A stretch of DNA of 64,000 nucleotides from an uncultured Gammaproteobacteria bacterium (GCA_963803185.1 CAWDMF010000007.1:2718-66717); one strand, 5' to 3'; positions 1 to 11,154 are shown, numbered from the stretch's first letter. Numbers and translations are program-made. Notes: a model not told the origin generated them from the sequence alone.

Positions 1-80
1 CATGCTGATATCAGAAAAATTATTAATAAAGCCGCCAGTGTCGGTGTGAATCGATTTTTTTGTAAACGGATGTTTATCAT
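1..80 (-). CDS. N-terminal end of a third paralogous surface lipoprotein gene (partial, runs off window start)
   Basis: Reverse complement of 1-80 reads MINIRLQKNRFTPTLAALLIIFLISAC: lipoprotein signal peptide with ISAC lipobox; positions 81-200 carry the same conserved leader found upstream of the two downstream paralogs. Confidence 0.5.
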   Translation of the reverse strand, partial: MINIRLQKNRFTPTLAALLIIFLISA

Positions 81-280
81 TGTGCTCTTTAACCTACGTA
101 CAAAACGTATTACACAGTAAGAGCTGTGCTCAAACTGAGTGCAATAAATATGGGATTAAATTTTAGTTTTTGAGCATTTAGAGGCTAAAATCTGGCACGA
201 TTTTTGTGCTGCAGGATGCCTCGAATCTATCAGGTTTTGATTGATTGCATCAAAACCTGATAGAGTAGGAATGTTTTGAT

Positions 281-715
281 TTAGACTGCTATTACAACTT
301 CAGGTGAAAACTGGCTCTCTCGTCCGTCAGTATCTAAGGTAGTCATAACCAAGTAATAGGTGCCGGTAGGCAAATTTGTGAGAGTATAACTGGTGGCAGT
401 AGCGTCATTAATGGTGACGCTGCTAGTGTACTGGCCTTGTACCTTTCCATAAAATACCTGGTAACCGGCAATCTCAGACAATAATATTGACGAACTGTCT
501 TCTCGTTCTGCTGGCGCAGCCCAGGACAGTTTAGCATCAGCGACTGTGCTATTTATGCCAGTGTCAGTGTCAGTGTTTGTGCTCAGCTCTGGATTGATAT
601 TGCTAGTAGCGGCGGCAGGATTGTCTTTAGTGCCGCACGCAGATATTTGCAAAGTTATAAATAAAGTAATTAGGATTAATGTAAGACGTTGATTTCGTAA
701 AAGGGAAATTATCAT
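281..715 (-). CDS. small surface lipoprotein, fibronectin-III-like domain (paralog of C-terminus of 1094..2842)
   Basis: Signal peptide with ISAC lipobox; C-terminal segment LSWAAPAERED...GYQVFYG...TYYLVMTTLDTDGRES nearly identical to C-terminus of the larger paralog. Confidence 0.6.
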   Translation of the reverse strand: MIISLLRNQRLTLILITLFITLQISACGTKDNPAAATSNINPELSTNTDTDTGINSTVADAKLSWAAPAEREDSSSILLSEIAGYQVFYGKVQGQYTSSVTINDATATSYTLTNLPTGTYYLVMTTLDTDGRESQFSPEVVIAV

Positions 716-1093
716 TGGCGCTCTTTAACCTACGAGTAAAACGCATAATCAGTATGATACTGAGCTCACACTGAGTGCTATTAATTAAGGAATATATTAG
801 TATTTTTGAGCATTTAGGAATCGATTGGCTTGATACTTCGTGAGCTGAAGATCCTTGCCCGGCCAATCGAAGTCGGCATTATACAATGGCTATTAATCTC
901 TGTGAAGGTTTTTGTTGAGGAAATGACAGTTTTTGTTGAAGTAATGACGAGCGTGATTGAGTAAAAGGCATTACCCGGATAGGAATGTGTACTCTAAAGG
1001 GAAAATAAAGTGTCATTTATAATATTGGATTGTTCGCACCTGATCGAGCTCGATCAGGTGTGTCTGCTTTCAGTAAAAGTGCATTGAGCTAAT

Positions 1094-2842
1094 TTAGAGG
1101 ATTATTTTAACTTCAGTAGAATACTGACTCTCGCGGCCTTCGGTATCTAAAGTAGTCACAACAAAATAATAGGTGCCAGCAGGAAAATCTGTATAAGTAT
1201 AACCGACGGCAGTACCATCATTGATGGTGGTGCTATTAATGTATTGGCCTTGCGTCATGCCATAAGACACTTTGTAACCAGCAATTTCCGATAACGATAT
1301 CGCCGAATTGTCTTCTCTTTCTGCTGGTGCAACCCAGGATAGGTGAATATCGGAGAGTGCATTATTTTCGTCAGTACCGGTGATGGTAATTTTTACGGTA
1401 TGTGTTGTACCATCCACGCTGCTGATAATCAGGCTTTCTGTTAATGTGGCACCCGTGGCCAGATTCTGGATGAGGCTCTGGTTATTAGCGGCAGCGTAGT
1501 TCCAGTTTCCTGTAGTGTTTATGGTGAGACTGCCATAGTTGCCTGTGACTGTCCTGGCTGTAAAAGCGGCTTCACCGGCGTCGCTATCAGTGATATTTAG
1601 TTTACCGTCGATTTCTAACAGGTTATCGCCATCGGGGTCGACATCTTCAGTTACGCTGGCGCGATCAAGGCCGGTGATTAGTGCTGGATTATTGGCTTCG
1701 TCGACGCCATTGATCGTTACCACGACAGTATGGGCTGTACCGTCAACGCTGTTGACGAGCAGTCTGTCGGTTAATGTCGCACCAGTGTTTAGATTCTGTA
1801 TCACGCTCTGGTTGTTATTGGCGGCGAAGTTCCAGTATCCAGTAGTGTTTATGGTGAGCCTGCCGTAGTTACCGTTGACTGTTTTTGCAATAAAGGTCGC
1901 TTCACCGGCATCGCTATCAGTGATATTTAGTTTACCGCCAACCTCTAACAGGTTATCAGTATCGGGATCGATATCTTCAGTTACGCTGGCGCGATCAATC
2001 CCCGTGATGACTGCAGTCTGATTTACTTCATTAGCGCCCCAGATAGTGATAGTTATGTTATGCGTGGTGCCATCCACGCTGCTGATAACCAGGGTGTCCT
2101 TCACTGAATCTACTTCATTTAAACTCTGTATTGCAGGTAAACTGTTATTTAAGACATAAAACCAGTTGCCGCTGATGTCAATGTTAAGTGCGCCATAATT
2201 GCCATTTACTGTCACACCAATAAAAGCAGCCTGACCTGCGTCACTGTCTGTGATGTTAAGTTTACCTATGGAGCGTACTAGATTGTTATAGGTGAAGAGA
2301 TCTTCCTGGATATTACTAAGATCATTGCCGGTTATTACGGCAGCATTGTTTAAATTGCCTGAATCAATAACACCTATTATTGTGATCGTAATAGTATGTG
2401 TTGTACCGTCAACGCTACTGACTACCAGGTTCTCAGTCAGGGTTGCATTGCTTGCCAGGTTTTGAATAGCGCTCTGCTGGTTACCGGCCGCATAGTTCCA
2501 GTTTCCGGCAGTGTCTATATCAAAAATACCATAGTCGCCGTTAACCGTCTTTGCTATAAAGGCTTCTTCACCAGGATCGTTGTCCGTGATATCTAATTTA
2601 CCACTAACTTCTAAAAGGTTGTCGCCATCGGGGTCAGAATCCTCGATAACATTAGCAGAATCTACTCCGTTAATTTTAGCTGTGAGGTTGATGCCGTTAA
2701 TATCGGGTTCTGTGTCTGAGCCAATTTCCGGAGTAATTGCGGCTAGAAAGTCCTCAGTGCTGCAAGCGGGCAAATGCAGCGTCACAAATATAATAAACAG
2801 AATAGACTTGAAACGAGGTTTTAACAAACAGGAAGCTATCAT
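1094..2842 (-). CDS. large surface lipoprotein with four ~95-aa Ig/VCBS-like tandem repeats and FN3-like C-terminal domain
   Basis: Start moved to Met at 2842 (MIASCLL..LPAC lipobox) directly after conserved leader ...ccaATG; four internal repeats (..GKLNITDSDAGEAAF..TVNGNYG..NW..SVDGTTHT..). Confidence 0.7.
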   Translation of the reverse strand: MIASCLLKPRFKSILFIIFVTLHLPACSTEDFLAAITPEIGSDTEPDINGINLTAKINGVDSANVIEDSDPDGDNLLEVSGKLDITDNDPGEEAFIAKTVNGDYGIFDIDTAGNWNYAAGNQQSAIQNLASNATLTENLVVSSVDGTTHTITITIIGVIDSGNLNNAAVITGNDLSNIQEDLFTYNNLVRSIGKLNITDSDAGQAAFIGVTVNGNYGALNIDISGNWFYVLNNSLPAIQSLNEVDSVKDTLVISSVDGTTHNITITIWGANEVNQTAVITGIDRASVTEDIDPDTDNLLEVGGKLNITDSDAGEATFIAKTVNGNYGRLTINTTGYWNFAANNNQSVIQNLNTGATLTDRLLVNSVDGTAHTVVVTINGVDEANNPALITGLDRASVTEDVDPDGDNLLEIDGKLNITDSDAGEAAFTARTVTGNYGSLTINTTGNWNYAAANNQSLIQNLATGATLTESLIISSVDGTTHTVKITITGTDENNALSDIHLSWVAPAEREDNSAISLSEIAGYKVSYGMTQGQYINSTTINDGTAVGYTYTDFPAGTYYFVVTTLDTEGRESQYSTEVKIIL

Positions 2843-3353
2843 TGGTGCTCTCCAACCTACGGGTTGTACGCATCGCATCAGAGGAGTGACTCAAGCTGAA
2901 TGCGATTAAATACGGAAAAAGTATTAGTTTGCGAGCAATTAGGAATCGACCGGTTTATATTTTGTGCAATGAGAATCACTGCATTAACGATTGATGTAGG
3001 AACTATAGCATAGTGTAAAGAATATGATGCATATCTTGTTGAAAATGTGACACAGGTTGTTGGTGAAATGACAGTTTAATATCGATAAAATTTAAAAAAA
3101 CTAATAAAAACAAATAATTATGGATTTTAAATTTTTTAAATATTTATCAGGAGATAATATGGTTTCTGTATAAAAATCAACCAATAAATCAAAGTGAATT
3201 CATTGTTTTATGGCTTTTCTTGGTAAATGTATTGCAATCGAAAATGGGCGGGCCTTTCAGAAAACTCATTATGCTGCATTACATAAGTTTGTGCTGTGGG
3301 GTAAAGTAAAGTGATTCTGATGGTTAAACATATCTAATGTAATAGAGCAGGTA

Positions 3354-4235
3354 ATGACAGAATATTTACAGGCAGATGCGTTAAAAGCCATAGTCGCAGG
3401 GCAAAATGGTATCAACATGGACGTTGTTGTACATAAATCTATTGATTCGACCAATAGTTGGTCTTTGCAGCAATGCAGGGCAGGAAAAATATTACCATTT
3501 GCCTGCTTTGCTGAAGAGCAAAAAGCGGGCCGCGGCAGGCGTGGTAAACAATGGTTGATGTCGGCTGGCACCAATATCGCGCTGAGTATAAGTTGGTCTT
3601 TTGATTTATCGTATCAAAAATTACACTTGTTACCGCTGTCAATTGCGTTGGCAGTTGTTGCTACGTTAGAAGGTTTAAATTTGAAACATGTGCAGATAAA
3701 GTGGCCAAATGATGTTTATGTACGGGGTAAAAAAATTGCTGGTATCTTGATTGAGGCGCAACCTGTTAAAGCGAAATCTGCCGATGGAATAACAGTGGAC
3801 AAATCACCCTTAGGTAAAGTGCGGACCGCAATGGTAATAGGTATTGGTCTAAACTATGACATGTCTTCGTTTGCGGCCATACTGGAGCATAAAAGATATC
3901 AAATACTACCAGATCTGACGGATGTAGAGCATGAAATGAAAAGGCAAGCTATTGAGCAAAAAACAGACCGAATAATTGTGGCATCATCACTGCTGCAAAA
4001 TGTAGTTGAAGTGTGTCAGAATTTTCCGCAAGACTCAAATCAATATTTGGGAAAATTTCGTAAGCAATATGATTTTTGTGAAAACAAAACAGTAGAAATT
4101 GTTCTGGATGATCTGAGGGGGGTAACGGGCATCGCGCAAGGTGTAAGTGATAACGCTGAATTGATCGTACTGATAGATGGTAAAGAGCGGCTGTTTAACA
4201 GTGCGGAAGTAAGTGTGAAAGCTAGCCTGGAATAA
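3354..4235 (+). CDS. birA: biotin--[acetyl-CoA-carboxylase] ligase (no N-terminal HTH)
   Basis: Motifs IDSTNSW, QKAGRGRRGKQW, KWPNDVY typical of BirA catalytic domain; followed by coaX as in many genomes. Confidence 0.8.
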   Translation: MTEYLQADALKAIVAGQNGINMDVVVHKSIDSTNSWSLQQCRAGKILPFACFAEEQKAGRGRRGKQWLMSAGTNIALSISWSFDLSYQKLHLLPLSIALAVVATLEGLNLKHVQIKWPNDVYVRGKKIAGILIEAQPVKAKSADGITVDKSPLGKVRTAMVIGIGLNYDMSSFAAILEHKRYQILPDLTDVEHEMKRQAIEQKTDRIIVASSLLQNVVEVCQNFPQDSNQYLGKFRKQYDFCENKTVEIVLDDLRGVTGIAQGVSDNAELIVLIDGKERLFNSAEVSVKASLE

Positions 4236-4281
4236 TCCTGAGCTATTCTGAGTGGTCATCAGATTTGTCGGATAATAATAA

Positions 4282-5049
4282 ATGATATTAACAGTGGATA
4301 TAGGAAACAGCCGAATCAAATGGGCTTCATGGCAGGCGGAAAAAATTGTCGCACAAGGGGTTGCTGCGTATAAGGCAGATAAAAGTGCAGATGTGTTTGA
4401 TAAATTATTCTCAGCGGTAGAAAAGCCAACGTTTATATTTGCGCTATGTGTTGCCGGAAATAAATTATCTCAGGGGTTGCTCGCATGGAGTAAACAGAAC
4501 TGGCAGCTTGATGTTGAATTCCTGAAAACAGAAAAAAAATTTAATAATGTAATTAATGCCTACGATGATCCCGGGGAGCATGGCGTAGATCGATGGGCAG
4601 CAGTTGTCGCTAGTCACCAAAGTCACCCGGATTTTTCAGTTTGTGTCATTAATGCCGGAACAGCCATAACATTTGATTTAATTAATAAAAATGGGCGGCA
4701 TCTGGGTGGTTATATATTGCCTTCATACGTTACTATGCATAAGGCGTTGTTGATGGATACAGCGAATGTGAAGTCTGCTTTAAATGTGAAGTTTTGCGAA
4801 AACGGTGTGCCGAACAATACTAATGATGCTGTCAATCTGGGGCTGCACAAATTATTGCAGGCAGGTATTCGAGAAATTTGTCAGTTTGCAAAACAAAAAA
4901 TGGATTCTCCAATGCAAATAATTATTAGCGGTGGTTTTGCTGAAACTATTCTGGGCTATCCGGACATGCCGGCCATGCTATACCAGCCGGATTTAGTTAT
5001 GCAGGGTTTGTTTCAGATTATGAAACAGCGGATATCTGAGGGCGAGTAG
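4282..5049 (+). CDS. coaX: type III pantothenate kinase
   Basis: N-terminus MILTVDIGNSRIKWA and overall length match CoaX/Baf family. Confidence 0.85.
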   Translation: MILTVDIGNSRIKWASWQAEKIVAQGVAAYKADKSADVFDKLFSAVEKPTFIFALCVAGNKLSQGLLAWSKQNWQLDVEFLKTEKKFNNVINAYDDPGEHGVDRWAAVVASHQSHPDFSVCVINAGTAITFDLINKNGRHLGGYILPSYVTMHKALLMDTANVKSALNVKFCENGVPNNTNDAVNLGLHKLLQAGIREICQFAKQKMDSPMQIIISGGFAETILGYPDMPAMLYQPDLVMQGLFQIMKQRISEGE

Positions 5050-5051
5050 CT

Positions 5052-5972
5052 ATGCGTTGGTTATTTTTAATCGTACTTTTTCTAAACCTTGCTTATATAG
5101 CGTGGCAAGCAACCAGGCCGGTAACGCAATCATATGAGAATGTGCAGCCACTAAAAAATGTACGGCCCATTGTCCTGTTGAGCGAGTTAAAGCGGCAGGC
5201 ACAGGGTACCGCTACAGCACAAATACCTTCACAGCAGAATGATGATGCAGATAAGCAGCAGTCATCACCACAAATAGTAAAAGTCGAAGAAATTGCAGAA
5301 GCTGCAGAAATCACTTCAGTTAAAAAGTCAGAACAAATAAAACAGCCTGCTTTGCCATCAGATGAAAACAAGATGGTCGCCGAGATTAAGCCACTAAAAA
5401 CGCCAAACGAATCGCAGCAAGAGCCACATATGTCTATGGATGAAGAGGGTTTCGCAGTGAGCCAGGAAGGCGGTGCGATTCTAAAGGAGAGCTGCTTCAC
5501 ATTGGGTCCTTTTCGAGATCTGGATAAATTAAGAAGCTTAACGCGTGAAATAAAGCCTTATGTGGTAGCTACTGATTTTCGTGGTCGTGAACAACGTGAG
5601 CAATATTTATACTGGGTTTATATCCAGCCGCATAAAAATCGTAAAAAAGCGATTGAAACAGGAAATCGCCTGAAAGCAAAAAAAATAAAAGATTACTATG
5701 TCATTCGTGAAGGCGAAAAAATACATGGAGTTTCACTGGGTCGCTTCAGGAATATAAACAGTGCTAATCGACTGGCGAAAAAAGTCAAAAAATTAGGATT
5801 TGATGTGACCGTTGAGCCTGTGTTTAAAAGCTATACTGTATACTGGCTGGACTACCAGCTTGCTGACGGAGTGAACATACCTGAGACGCTTTTTGAGGCT
5901 TACACTCAAACGGCTAACAATGGTAAAGTCAGCCGCTTGCAGCGAGCTTGTGGCACCGCGATAGACCAATAA
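5052..5972 (+). CDS. SPOR-domain membrane protein (cell-division associated)
   Basis: N-terminal TM helix, low-complexity linker, C-terminal SPOR-like fold (YWVYIQP..HGVSLGRFRNINSANRLAKKVKKLGFDVTVEPV). Confidence 0.6.
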   Translation: MRWLFLIVLFLNLAYIAWQATRPVTQSYENVQPLKNVRPIVLLSELKRQAQGTATAQIPSQQNDDADKQQSSPQIVKVEEIAEAAEITSVKKSEQIKQPALPSDENKMVAEIKPLKTPNESQQEPHMSMDEEGFAVSQEGGAILKESCFTLGPFRDLDKLRSLTREIKPYVVATDFRGREQREQYLYWVYIQPHKNRKKAIETGNRLKAKKIKDYYVIREGEKIHGVSLGRFRNINSANRLAKKVKKLGFDVTVEPVFKSYTVYWLDYQLADGVNIPETLFEAYTQTANNGKVSRLQRACGTAIDQ

Positions 5973-6091
5973 TTTTTTAAGGAATCGCCAGGCAACTCAA
6001 TTGGCCAGCATAATCTGGCCCTGTTCACAGCTGAGCTTTCGCAAGAAACTGGATTATTTTAAAAAAAACACCTTATTTGTCCTGAATCGTA

Positions 6092-6120
6092 TTGCTTTCA
6101 GTTGATTGATTCCCTACAAT
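6092..6120 (+). promoter_or_regulatory. sigma70-type promoter of the tRNA/tufB operon with GC-rich discriminator
   Basis: TTGCTT -35 (6092-6097), 17-bp spacer, TACAAT -10 (6115-6120), then GCGCCCC discriminator and tRNA start at 6131; A/T-rich UP-like tract upstream. Confidence 0.4.
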
Positions 6121-6130
6121 TGCGCCCCTT

Positions 6131-6206
6131 GCCGGTGTAGCTCAGTTGGTAGAGCGCCTCACTTGTAATGAGGATGTCGTGGGTTCAACTCCTGTCACCG
6201 GCTCCA
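6131..6206 (+). tRNA. tRNA-Thr (anticodon TGT)
   Basis: Cloverleaf with GCCGGTG/CACCGGC acceptor, anticodon loop CTTGTAA, GGTTCAACTCC T-arm, CCA end; near-identical to E. coli thrU. Confidence 0.9.
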
Positions 6207-6424
6207 TATACTGCCCATAGACCCAGTATTATAAATAACGAGGCTATGGGTATTTTGATTCTGACTCTTTAACGTTTGATATTTATTAATAGGGCGGTTT
6301 AAGAACAGATACCGGATAAGCTGGCATTGCTTGCAGCTTTCTGACGCTAAAAAATATTCGCCGTATCAGCGCGTTACGGTTGACAGATGCGCTGTGCTCA
6401 AGCAAAATACTCGGCTTGATTTTT

Positions 6425-6509
6425 GGAGGGGTTCCCGAGCGGTCAAAGGGGGCAGATTGTAAATCTGCTGGTTCTACCTTCGGAGGTTCAAATCCTCCCC
6501 CCTCCACCA
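6425..6509 (+). tRNA. tRNA-Tyr (anticodon GTA), long variable arm
   Basis: GGAGGGGTTCCCGAGCGG.. anticodon loop GATTGTAAATC, 85 nt with variable arm, CCA end; matches E. coli tyrU. Confidence 0.9.
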
Positions 6510-6740
6510 GAAATTTTTACAGGTGCTGGCAAGGTTAACAGGCTATGCAGTGGGTAGGCTCTCTCAGATAGGGAGGGTTTGAACCGATAAGAGGCCATGT
6601 GATCGGTTTGGCAAAATTGCCGGGAGCAATTTTGAACGTTGCGTTTATTGCAACGGCCCGAAGGGCGGAGAACAGGATGTTCGGAGTAATCCTCCCCTCC
6701 ATCAAAAAGCTAGAAAAGGGAGTCATTCGCAAGTTGATTT

Positions 6741-6814
6741 GCGGGTGTAGTTCAATGGTAGAACTTCAGCCTTCCAAGCTGAATACGTGGGTTCGATTCC
6801 CATCACCCGCTCCA
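6741..6814 (+). tRNA. tRNA-Gly (anticodon TCC)
   Basis: GCGGGTG..CACCCGC acceptor, anticodon loop CTTCCAA, GGTTCGATTCC T-arm, CCA. Confidence 0.9.
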
Positions 6815-6864
6815 TATTTGGTGTGTAAGGTTTGATAAGCCAGGCGGGAATGCTAAGGGTTTTG

Positions 6865-6940
<76 letters not shown>

Positions 6941-7048
6941 GTTGTAGTTTTAAGTTGCGGCTTTATGCTGTGTCAGCTTAAAAAGCATGAATTTTTTTTA
7001 AATATTTGTTTATTAATTTAGATTAATACTTTCGGGGGGGCACTAGAC

Positions 7049-8239
7049 ATGTCTAAGGAAAAGTTTGAAAGAACCAAGCCACACGTAAACGTAGGCACAA
7101 TTGGTCACGTAGACCACGGTAAAACCACACTGACAGCAGCGATGACGAAAGTTATGGCAGAAGCGCAGGGCGGTGAAGTGAAAGCCTTTGATCAAATTGA
7201 TAATGCACCGGAAGAGCGTGCACGCGGCATCACCATCGCGACCTCACACGTGGAGTATGAGAGCCCGAACCGTCACTATGCGCACGTTGACTGTCCTGGA
7301 CACGCCGACTATGTGAAGAACATGATTACCGGTGCAGCGCAGATGGACGGTGCTATCCTGGTTGTATCAGCTGCAGATGGCCCGATGCCTCAGACCCGTG
7401 AGCACATTCTGCTGTCACGCCAGGTTGGTGTGCCATACGTGCTTGTTTACATGAACAAGGCGGACATGGTTGACGACGAAGAGCTGTTAGAGCTGGTTGA
7501 GATGGAAATCCGTGAGCTGTTAGACGCTTATGAATTCCCGGGCGATGACACCCCGATCATTATTGGCTCAGCACTGAAAGCATTAGAAGGCGACACCAGT
7601 GAAATCGGCACGCCATCAATCATCAAGCTGGTAGAGGCGATGGATGACTACATTCCGCAGCCAGAGCGTGCGGTAGATCAGCCATTTTTGATGCCTGTTG
7701 AGGACGTATTCTCGATCTCGGGTCGCGGTACGGTGGTAACCGGTCGTATCGAGCGTGGAGTGATCAACGTTGGTGAAGAGATCGAGATCGTCGGCATCCG
7801 TGACACCCAGACAACAACCTGTACCGGTGTTGAGATGTTCCGCAAATTGCTGGACACAGGTGAAGCCGGTGATAACGTTGGCCTGTTGCTGCGTGGCCTG
7901 AAGCGTGAACAGGTTGAGCGCGGCCAGGTATGCTGTAAGCCGGGTTCTGTTAACCCGCACACCAAGTTTGAGTGTGAAGTTTACATATTAAGTAAAGATG
8001 AAGGTGGTCGTCACACGCCATTCTTCAATAACTACCGTCCACAGTTCTACTTCCGTACGACTGACGTGACAGGTGCATGTGATCTGCCGGAAGGTACCGA
8101 GATGGTAATGCCTGGCGATAACATAAAAATGATAGTGACCCTGATCAACCCGATTGCGATGGAAGAAGGTTTACGCTTTGCGATTCGTGAAGGTGGTCGT
8201 ACCGTTGGTGCGGGTGTGGTTGCTAAAATTATTGAGTAA
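7049..8239 (+). CDS. tuf: elongation factor Tu (copy 1, tufB-like position)
   Basis: [11 protein letters not shown]-loop, DCPGH, NKAD motifs; 396 aa. Confidence 0.97.
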   Translation: MSKEKFERTKPHVNVGTIGHVDHGKTTLTAAMTKVMAEAQGGEVKAFDQIDNAPEERARGITIATSHVEYESPNRHYAHVDCPGHADYVKNMITGAAQMDGAILVVSAADGPMPQTREHILLSRQVGVPYVLVYMNKADMVDDEELLELVEMEIRELLDAYEFPGDDTPIIIGSALKALEGDTSEIGTPSIIKLVEAMDDYIPQPERAVDQPFLMPVEDVFSISGRGTVVTGRIERGVINVGEEIEIVGIRDTQTTTCTGVEMFRKLLDTGEAGDNVGLLLRGLKREQVERGQVCCKPGSVNPHTKFECEVYILSKDEGGRHTPFFNNYRPQFYFRTTDVTGACDLPEGTEMVMPGDNIKMIVTLINPIAMEEGLRFAIREGGRTVGAGVVAKIIE

Positions 8240-8295
8240 TTGTTTGCTCTAAATGAGTATGGCGGGAGGTAAGACCATGTCCTACCTCTCGTTAC

Positions 8296-8480
8296 GACGT
8301 ACATGGATGTGGCAAGTGCGGAAAATGCAGGAGCGATTTTCAGCCGACGTACATGGATGTGGCAAGTGCGGAAAATGCAGGAGCGATTTTCAGCCGACGT
8401 ACATGGATGTGGCAAGTGCGGAAAATGCAGGAGCATTTTTTCCGCCAAGTACATGGATGTGGGAAATGCAGGTATTGCAT
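8296..8480. repeat. tandem repeat, 50-bp unit x ~3.7
   Basis: ACATGGATGT starts at 8301, 8351, 8401, 8451 (exact 50-bp period); unit cgacgtacatggatgtggcaagtgcggaaaatgcaggagcgattttcagc, last copy degenerate. Confidence 0.85.
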
Positions 8481-8499
8481 AAGCAAATATCTGCCTGTT

Positions 8500-8575
8500 A
8501 GGCCAGTGGCTCAATTGGTAGAGCAGCGGTCTCCAAAACCGCAGGTTGGGGGTTCGAGTCCCTCCTGGCCTGCCA
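8500..8575 (+). tRNA. tRNA-Trp (anticodon CCA)
   Basis: AGGCCAG..CTGGCCT acceptor, anticodon loop CTCCAAA, GGTTCGAGTCC T-arm, CCA. Confidence 0.9.
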
Positions 8576-8602
8576 ATATTAATAAGATGGCAGGTGGTTA
8601 AA

Positions 8603-8980
8603 ATGGTCGCCAAGACCGAAGAAGTAGTTTCAAGCAAACTGGATACATTCAAGTTGATGCTAGCAATAGCGGTACTGATATTCGGTATTGTTGGCTTTTA
8701 TTACTACGAAGCTGAATCGCAGTTATATCGCGTGCTGGGCGTCGTGTTTGCGGTGCTGGTAGCTATCGCTATCAGTTCTACCACGCGTTTAGGGCAGGGT
8801 TTAATAGGTTTTGGTCGTGAAGCGCGTATGGAAGTGCGGAAAGTGGTATGGCCAACGCGTCAGGAAACCGTGCAGACAACCTTTATGGTTATTGTTGCTG
8901 TAATTATTATCGGTATCTTTCTCTGGTTAATTGATATGTTGCTTTCGCAGGCAATACAGTTAATAACGGGAGGCGCATAG
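8603..8980 (+). CDS. secE: preprotein translocase subunit SecE
   Basis: Start trimmed to Met after tRNA-Trp; conserved [18 protein letters not shown] motif; precedes nusG. Confidence 0.85.
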   Translation: MVAKTEEVVSSKLDTFKLMLAIAVLIFGIVGFYYYEAESQLYRVLGVVFAVLVAIAISSTTRLGQGLIGFGREARMEVRKVVWPTRQETVQTTFMVIVAVIIIGIFLWLIDMLLSQAIQLITGGA

Positions 8981-8982
8981 GT

Positions 8983-9516
8983 ATGGCAAAGCAGTGGTAT
9001 GTTGTGCACGCGTATTCAAATTTTGAAGGCAAAGTTAAGGCTTCATTAGAGGAGCATATTCGCCTTGCGGGCATGGAGGACATGTTCGGTCAGATCCTGA
9101 TTCCGACTGAAGAAGTGGTTGAAATCAAAGATGGTGTTAAGCGTCGTTCAGAGCGTAAATTTTTCCCTGGTTATGTGCTAGTGGAAATGGAGATGAATGA
9201 TGAGACCTGGCACATGGTAAAAGATGTGCCTAAAGTGATGGGTTTTATTGGTGGCACAAAAAGTCAGCCAGCACCGATTTCAGAAAAAGAAGCGATGAAT
9301 ATTATTAATGCTGTCGCTGAAGGTGTAGAGAAGCCAAAGCCGAAAGTTTTATATCAGCCTGGTGAAGTGGTGCGTGTTACTGATGGACCATTCAATGACT
9401 TTAATGGTGTGGTAGAAGAAGTGGATTATGATCGCAATCGTTTGAAAGTTGCGGTACTGATTTTCGGTCGTTCAACACCGGTAGATTTAGAGTTTAGCCA
9501 GGTAGAGAAAGGTTAA
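8983..9516 (+). CDS. nusG: transcription termination/antitermination factor NusG
   Basis: [14 protein letters not shown] domain; canonical position. Confidence 0.95.
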   Translation: MAKQWYVVHAYSNFEGKVKASLEEHIRLAGMEDMFGQILIPTEEVVEIKDGVKRRSERKFFPGYVLVEMEMNDETWHMVKDVPKVMGFIGGTKSQPAPISEKEAMNIINAVAEGVEKPKPKVLYQPGEVVRVTDGPFNDFNGVVEEVDYDRNRLKVAVLIFGRSTPVDLEFSQVEKG

Positions 9517-9687
9517 AAGATAGTTTTAAGTTTGCAGTTGAGTTGGCAAGTTAAAAGTTTGTTTTTACTGCACAACTGAAAACTCAAACTTTTTGCATGT
9601 GAAATCAGATTTTTTAAAACTGATTAATTATTAATAAAACGGGGAGCCCGAACGAATGAGTCAGGCGTTGGTACCCGGGAGAGAAAA

Positions 9688-10122
9688 ATGGCTAAAAAAG
9701 TCGATGCATACATCAAGCTGCAGGTGCCTGCAGCTGAAGCAAACCCAAGTCCACCGGTTGGTCCTGCATTAGGTCAACACGGTGTAAATATCATGGAATT
9801 CTGTAAAGCATTTAATGCCAAGACGCAGAAGATGGAAAAGGGTATGCCTATTCCTGTTGTTATTACTGTGTATAGCGACAAAAGCTTTACCTTTATCACC
9901 AAAACTCCACCTGCTTCTATTCTTTTAAAGAAAGCTGCTGGTGTCTCTAAGGGCAGTGGTGAGCCGCATATTAATAAAGTGGGTAAAGTTAACCGTGCGC
10001 AATTAGAAGAAATTGCAACCACTAAAATGCCGGATCTAACAGCGGCAGATATGGATGCTGCAGTTCGCACCATCGCTGGCAGTGCACGTAGTATGGGTCT
10101 CGAGACAGAGGGTGTGAAATAA
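9688..10122 (+). CDS. rplK: 50S ribosomal protein L11
   Basis: Sequence and operon position. Confidence 0.95.
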   Translation: MAKKVDAYIKLQVPAAEANPSPPVGPALGQHGVNIMEFCKAFNAKTQKMEKGMPIPVVITVYSDKSFTFITKTPPASILLKKAAGVSKGSGEPHINKVGKVNRAQLEEIATTKMPDLTAADMDAAVRTIAGSARSMGLETEGVK

Positions 10123-10814
10123 TGGCTAAGTTATCAAAACGCAATAAAGCAATTGCTGAAAAAATTGATAAAGAAAAAGTTTACTCATTGGAAGATGCGC
10201 TGGCTTTATTAAAAGAAGTCGCTTCAGCTAAATTCAACGAATCAGTTGACATCAGTGTAAACCTTGGTCTGGATCCTAAAAAGAGTGACCAGGTCGTTCG
10301 TGGTGCAACCGTATTACCAAATGGTAGTGGTAAAGAAGTTCGCGTGGCCGTTTTCACTGATGGCGATAATGCTAAAGCAGCAATAGAAGCCGGTGCTGAT
10401 ATCGTAGGCATGGATGATCTCGCGGCTGAGGTTAAAAAAGGCATCATGGACTTTGATGTTGTTATTGCTTCACCAGATGCAATGCGTGTCGTTGGTCAGC
10501 TGGGTCAGATCCTGGGTCCGCGCGGTTTAATGCCTAACCCTAAAGTGGGCACGGTAACGCCTGACGTTGCTGGCGCTGTTAAAAATGCTAAATCAGGTCA
10601 GGTTCGTTACCGTGTAGATAAGGCCGGTATCATTCATTGTTCTGTTGGTGTGGTTAAGTTTGACGTGCCGCAGTTAAAAGAAAATATTGAAAGTTTGATT
10701 GCTGATTTAATTAAAGCAAAACCAACTGCTGCAAAAGGTGTGTTTGTTAAGAAAATTTCTGTTTCAACGACAATGGGTCCTGGCCTGGTTGTTGATCAAT
10801 CAGTGTACGCATAA
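10122..10814 (+). CDS. rplA: 50S ribosomal protein L1
   Basis: Sequence and operon position. Confidence 0.95.
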   Translation: MAKLSKRNKAIAEKIDKEKVYSLEDALALLKEVASAKFNESVDISVNLGLDPKKSDQVVRGATVLPNGSGKEVRVAVFTDGDNAKAAIEAGADIVGMDDLAAEVKKGIMDFDVVIASPDAMRVVGQLGQILGPRGLMPNPKVGTVTPDVAGAVKNAKSGQVRYRVDKAGIIHCSVGVVKFDVPQLKENIESLIADLIKAKPTAAKGVFVKKISVSTTMGPGLVVDQSVYA

Positions 10815-11154
10815 GCGCGAACACGAAACTAAATTTTAAGTTGTAGCAGCGGACTTATTTGCTAATAGTGGGCTCCGCAATGTCTGTTTGACGCATACAG
10901 CCTATAAAGGTTGCGCCAAATGACTACAACTTTTAATGATTTGACAGCCGAGTTAGTGTTTATACACGCCGGTGTCGTCAGAGACCGTAGGTGTAACAAA
11001 AGCTGGAAGTGTTTTCAGTTGAAATTACTTAATTTCCTACGTAGATGGTGAATTTCGAAAGAAAGCACCTTTTTGGATTATGCATGTTGCATAGTCTATT
11101 TAAACTTGGCTGGGTTAATAATTATTAATCCTGGCTTTTAACAGGAGAGCTAAA

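Noticed and set aside
6286-6835. ORFs 6286..6507, 6535..6732, 6599..6835 in the tRNA cluster
   Set aside because: They overlap tRNA-Tyr and tRNA-Gly and are spurious.
8253-8601. ORFs 8253..8501 and 8353..8601 (82 aa each)
   Set aside because: They are translations of the 50-bp tandem repeat and overlap tRNA-Trp. The repetitive peptide is an artefact of the repeat.
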